DNA of 64,000 nucleotides from an uncultured Alphaproteobacteria bacterium (GTDB lineage Bacteria; Pseudomonadota; Alphaproteobacteria; Rs-D84): NCBI GenBank assembly GCA_947053455.1, contig CAMRSV010000003.1, positions 26,315 to 90,314 of the forward strand, read 5' to 3'. Shown piece by piece: positions 60,240 to 64,000 of this stretch (position 1 is its first letter; each line of letters starts with the position of its first letter). The notes under the pieces were generated by a model. It saw only the letters and a program-made list of their open reading frames with translations, ran no database searches and was not told where the DNA came from. The position numbers and the translations under genes were made by a program.

Positions 60240-61529
60240 ATGAAGTTTATTCGTAAATTTTTAATGATTGTATCTATGGGGCTGATTCTGATGGCGACGG
60301 CGCATGCGGCGACAAACATCCCGATGGGTGACATCGACCAATACGGCACATGGACAACACCGCACAATCGCGAACAATTCACCAACGCACTGACAAACGA
60401 CATGGCCGCATTCACTGACGGTTTTCAAAAACAACTGGTCAAAGATTATGTCCCGATTGAGGCGCGCGTGGGGCTGGCCTTTATGAATGCAATGACACAT
60501 GTCGGCAACATTCTGGACGGTTCCCTGGTGCGATTTGTGCTGATATTTATCATAATAGTTTACGCATTCTGGATTATGTTCGAAGCATACGGCATGATAA
60601 AGGGCGCGGGCGATGTAAAAAAACTTATACGGGAAATAATAAAAAAGGGCGCACTTATTCTTATCTGGATGCTTGTGCTGCAAATGGGTCCGGCAAAAAT
60701 ATTTATGTTGGTTGTGGGACCGGTAATAACAATCGGAACATATGTATCGGATTTGATACTAAATACAATCGCAAATACAGCGGGGGCAAATTTACCCGAC
60801 ACATGCGCGGCGGTGCGTGAATACGCCGCATTGCATACCGCGCCGGATATGATAATGGATGCGCAAATGGCGGCCGATTTGATGTGTGTTCCAACGCGTT
60901 TGTCTGGATTTTTCTATACCGCGGTGGCGGCCGGCCTGCAATGGATAATCCATGGCATAGGTCGCAGTCCATTTACGGTAATCGCCGGGCTGATATTCGT
61001 TGTAATTTTTATGATAAACATCTGGAAATTCGCGATAATGGCGCTGGGGGTGATTGCAAACCTGTTTCTGGCGGTGTTTTTACTGCCCTTCACAGCGATT
61101 GCAGAAACAATCGGTAAAACAACATACAAGGGAATTGCCGGCGACATATTCAACGGATTTTTAGGAATATTTACCACGCAATCACTGACGGCGCGCATCA
61201 CGCAGTTTGTAAATGCGGCGGTATATTTCGTATCGCTTTCGATTGTGGTCGGTGTCTGCGCAGGGATTTTATCCGGCGCCGTCACAACAAATTTGGCGGC
61301 ATCTGTTCCGTCAATTGACAGTGGCGGGTTTATAATAGTACTGCTGACCGGGGTGCTGGTTGCACACCTGGCGACACGCGCATCGGATATTGCCAAAGAC
61401 CTGGGCGGCAGTGTGGATGCGTCACTTGGTACCAAATTTGAAAATGATGTAAAATCACTGCTTGCCCGCGTATATGATACCGGCAAAGAATGGTGGAAAA
61501 TAATACGCGACGGCGAAAAGAAAAAGTAA
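60240..61529 (+). CDS. VirB6/TrbL-like protein (paralogue 5)
   Basis: IANLFLAVFLLPFTAIAETI..QFVNAAVYF; multi-TM. Confidence 0.66.
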   Translation: MKFIRKFLMIVSMGLILMATAHAATNIPMGDIDQYGTWTTPHNREQFTNALTNDMAAFTDGFQKQLVKDYVPIEARVGLAFMNAMTHVGNILDGSLVRFVLIFIIIVYAFWIMFEAYGMIKGAGDVKKLIREIIKKGALILIWMLVLQMGPAKIFMLVVGPVITIGTYVSDLILNTIANTAGANLPDTCAAVREYAALHTAPDMIMDAQMAADLMCVPTRLSGFFYTAVAAGLQWIIHGIGRSPFTVIAGLIFVVIFMINIWKFAIMALGVIANLFLAVFLLPFTAIAETIGKTTYKGIAGDIFNGFLGIFTTQSLTARITQFVNAAVYFVSLSIVVGVCAGILSGAVTTNLAASVPSIDSGGFIIVLLTGVLVAHLATRASDIAKDLGGSVDASLGTKFENDVKSLLARVYDTGKEWWKIIRDGEKKK

Positions 61530-61535
61530 ACCGCC

Positions 61536-62216
61536 CTATGCAGTCATTATTTTTTCCATAAAGGAATTATGGTTTGCCAATTCCGCATCATTCACTGGGA
61601 ATGTGCGACGCGGGAAATCTGCCCCTATTTTCGGATGCGCCAGCATGGCCTCATGCTGTTTTGCGATTATCTCCGCGGCCTCGGGGGCGGGGGCGGTATT
61701 TTCCAATTCCAAATAAACCTTGGCCAAGATTTCAGAGTCGATTAACGCCCCGTGTGCATCGGCACGCGCCGTCAATGAAATCCCGAACCATTTTGCCAAT
61801 GCATCCAAAGTATAATTTTTAGGCCCAAATAAACGGTTTCGGGCAATAACCAACGAATCGGCCTGCTGTTCGCGCGGAATTTGCGGCAATCCCGCCTTCA
61901 TCAATTCATGATTTACAAACGGAAAGTCAAAGTCCAACCCATTGTGTGCCACAATCAGACTGTCGCCGATAAACTCCAAAAAGCGGGGTGCAATTTCGGT
62001 CATTTTTGGTTTGTCCTCCAAAAACGCGTTTGAAATTTTGTGGACTTCATATGTTTCGGGGGGGATTATCTTGCCTTCCGGATTTATATATTCATGGAAC
62101 GTGTTATCCGTTATTTTTCCGTCTATTACCTCAACAGCACCAATTTCAATGCATCTGTCGCCACGCAGATATTCAAAACCTGTCGTTTCAATGTCAAAGC
62201 ATATAATTCGCGCCAT
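61536..62216 (-). CDS. dnaQ: DNA polymerase III epsilon subunit
   Basis: FDIETTG (ExoI), VAHNGLDFD, AHGALIDSEIL. Confidence 0.96.
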   Translation of the reverse strand: MARIICFDIETTGFEYLRGDRCIEIGAVEVIDGKITDNTFHEYINPEGKIIPPETYEVHKISNAFLEDKPKMTEIAPRFLEFIGDSLIVAHNGLDFDFPFVNHELMKAGLPQIPREQQADSLVIARNRLFGPKNYTLDALAKWFGISLTARADAHGALIDSEILAKVYLELENTAPAPEAAEIIAKQHEAMLAHPKIGADFPRRTFPVNDAELANHNSFMEKIMTA

Positions 62217-62272
62217 TTTTCCCCCAGAAAATAAGTTTTTGATTAAAACACTTCGTGTATTATAATGACATC

Positions 62273-64000
62273 ATGAATTTAATGCTACAAAATCTTAATA
62301 ATGAACAAAGACTGGCGGTGGAAACGACAGAAGGGCCACTATTGGTGCTGTCGGGGGCGGGGACTGGAAAAACACGTGTACTGACCACGCGTATCGCACA
62401 CATATTAAATCTGGGTCTGGCAAGGCCGTGGCAAATCTTGGCCTTGACCTTTACAAACAGGGCGGCAAATGAAATGAAATCGCGCCTAGGGATGCTTGGT
62501 GGTGACGCGGCATGGGATGCGCGTGACCTCTGGTGTGGGACGTTTCATTCAATATGCCTGCGTATTTTGCGGGCAAATGCCGATGCGGCTGGACTGCGGC
62601 GGGATTTTCTAATATTCGGCGAAGATGATCAGAAATCAGTTATAAAGTCAATTTTAGCGGAACACGGTCACACCACAAAAACGCCCGGCGATTATGTTGA
62701 ACAATTTTCAATGATAAAGGACAAAGGCCTGCCATATCCAGCCACACAGGACAAGATATTTGACGCCTACAATGCGGAACTGGCGCGGCTGGGGGCGGTC
62801 GATTTCGGCGATATAATACTAAAGGTACTGGAACTGTTTGATGCGCGGCCTGATATTCTTGCGAGATATCAGAATCAGTTCAAATATATCCTAGTTGACG
62901 AGTTCCAGGATACCAATAACGCCCAAATGCAGTTCTTGACTGCATTGACGCGCGACACAAAAAGTCCAAACATTTGTTGCGTTGGCGATGACGACCAATC
63001 AATTTATTCATGGCGCGGCGCGGAAATAAAACATATATTGAACTTTGAAAAAACATTTTCTGATACCCAGATAATCCGCCTTGAAACAAATTATCGCAGT
63101 ACTGCAAATATTCTGGGGGCGGCAAATTCGCTAATCCGCCATAACCAGGGGCGACTTGGCAAAGATTTACGCGCCGCGGACACATCCGACACAGGAGAGC
63201 CGGTTTACATCCTAACAGTGCCCGGTGACCGGGACGAGGCACGCATTATCGCCGATGCAATTTTACGCGACAGCAAACCGGATTTTGGCAAATACGCCGT
63301 TCTTATCCGCGCAGGCAGCCTGTCGCGCCTGTTCGAAGAAGAATTTACCGGACGCGGAATTCCGTTTCGCCTGGTTGGCGCAACCAAGTTCTATGACCGC
63401 ATGGAAATCCGCGATGCGATTGCATATATACGCTTGCTGGTACATCGGTTTGACGACATATCATTTATGCGCGTTATTGCAAAGCCGCGACGTGGATTTG
63501 GTGCGGGCGCGATTGAAAAACTGCGTGCAAGCGGCGGCGACATGATGGCAGCGCTGGGGTATGCGATGCTGTCTACTAAACAACGCGTGGCTGCAAACGA
63601 GTTTTTAGATGCATTTGATTTCGACTGGGCGTCAATGCGCCCAATGGACGCCGCATCGCGCATTTTGGAAAATTCCGGGTACATGAAAATGTGGCGCGAA
63701 TCCAAGGATGCGGACGCGGCGGCGCGACTGGAAAACATTCGTGAACTAATAACCGGTGTTATCTCACAATACGACAGCCTGCCCGATTTTTTGGAACAGG
63801 CGGCATTAATGACGACCGAAGAAGATGAGGATGACAAAACACAATCTGCATCGGGCGCTGTAAACGTCATGACAATTCACGCCGCCAAGGGACTGGAATT
63901 CGACACAGTTTTTATGCCCGCATGGGAAGAAGGTATTTTCCCAAATGACAAAACCATATCAGAGGGCGCATTGGAAGAAGAAAGACGCCTGGCCTATGTT
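62273..64000 (+). CDS. uvrD: UvrD/PcrA/Rep helicase (partial, runs off window end)
   Basis: Not in the ORF track. LNNEQRLAV..LVLSGAGTGKT, LTFTNRAA, VDEFQDTN, VGDDDQSIYSWRGA, LETNYRS, MTIHAAKGLEFD. Confidence 0.97.
   Translation, partial: MNLMLQNLNNEQRLAVETTEGPLLVLSGAGTGKTRVLTTRIAHILNLGLARPWQILALTFTNRAANEMKSRLGMLGGDAAWDARDLWCGTFHSICLRILRANADAAGLRRDFLIFGEDDQKSVIKSILAEHGHTTKTPGDYVEQFSMIKDKGLPYPATQDKIFDAYNAELARLGAVDFGDIILKVLELFDARPDILARYQNQFKYILVDEFQDTNNAQMQFLTALTRDTKSPNICCVGDDDQSIYSWRGAEIKHILNFEKTFSDTQIIRLETNYRSTANILGAANSLIRHNQGRLGKDLRAADTSDTGEPVYILTVPGDRDEARIIADAILRDSKPDFGKYAVLIRAGSLSRLFEEEFTGRGIPFRLVGATKFYDRMEIRDAIAYIRLLVHRFDDISFMRVIAKPRRGFGAGAIEKLRASGGDMMAALGYAMLSTKQRVAANEFLDAFDFDWASMRPMDAASRILENSGYMKMWRESKDADAAARLENIRELITGVISQYDSLPDFLEQAALMTTEEDEDDKTQSASGAVNVMTIHAAKGLEFDTVFMPAWEEGIFPNDKTISEGALEEERRLAYV

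Noticed and set aside
54943-61529. ABC permease or MFS transporter cluster
   Set aside because: No EAA or MFS motifs and no ATPase or binding protein. The TM/Pro pattern fits VirB6/TrbL better.
503-63870. Many long shadow ORFs (e.g. 503-1051, 15277-16092, 21527-22345, 33634-34245)
   Set aside because: They are antisense or off-frame to well-supported genes and carry no motifs.

Overview
A 64-kb chromosomal segment of a compact alphaproteobacterial genome. GapR/DUF2312, the L10 leader and the def-fmt-truA order support the class; an uncultured gut-type lineage such as Rs-D84 is my unverified guess. Most of the window is housekeeping: secE-nusG-rplKAJL-rpoB, yidC/lspA, recR/rsmA, pyk, an RND/MFP/TolC pump, gyrA, valS, mraY-ftsW-murG, PBP1A, def/fmt/truA, dnaQ, uvrD and three tRNAs. 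The standout is a split, chromosomal, enlarged type IVA secretion system. One part is a stand-alone virB8-virB9-virB10 operon (4303-8947), in which VirB9 carries a C-terminal SPOR domain and VirB10 carries an Ig-like domain and a Cys-rich C-terminal extension. The other part, about 46 kb away, is a cluster of five VirB6-like paralogues (54943-61529), three of them with an N-terminal CxxC motif. No ATPase, coupling protein, relaxase or integrase lies beside either cluster, while comF and comEC lie between them. The layout recalls both the Rickettsiales rvh system and the Helicobacter ComB uptake system. Other observations: a roughly 130-bp element duplicating the tRNA-Trp 3' end, a hairpin-less MFP, a possibly chimeric ValRS, Cys-rich secreted proteins, AT-rich ORFans and many probable leaderless promoters.
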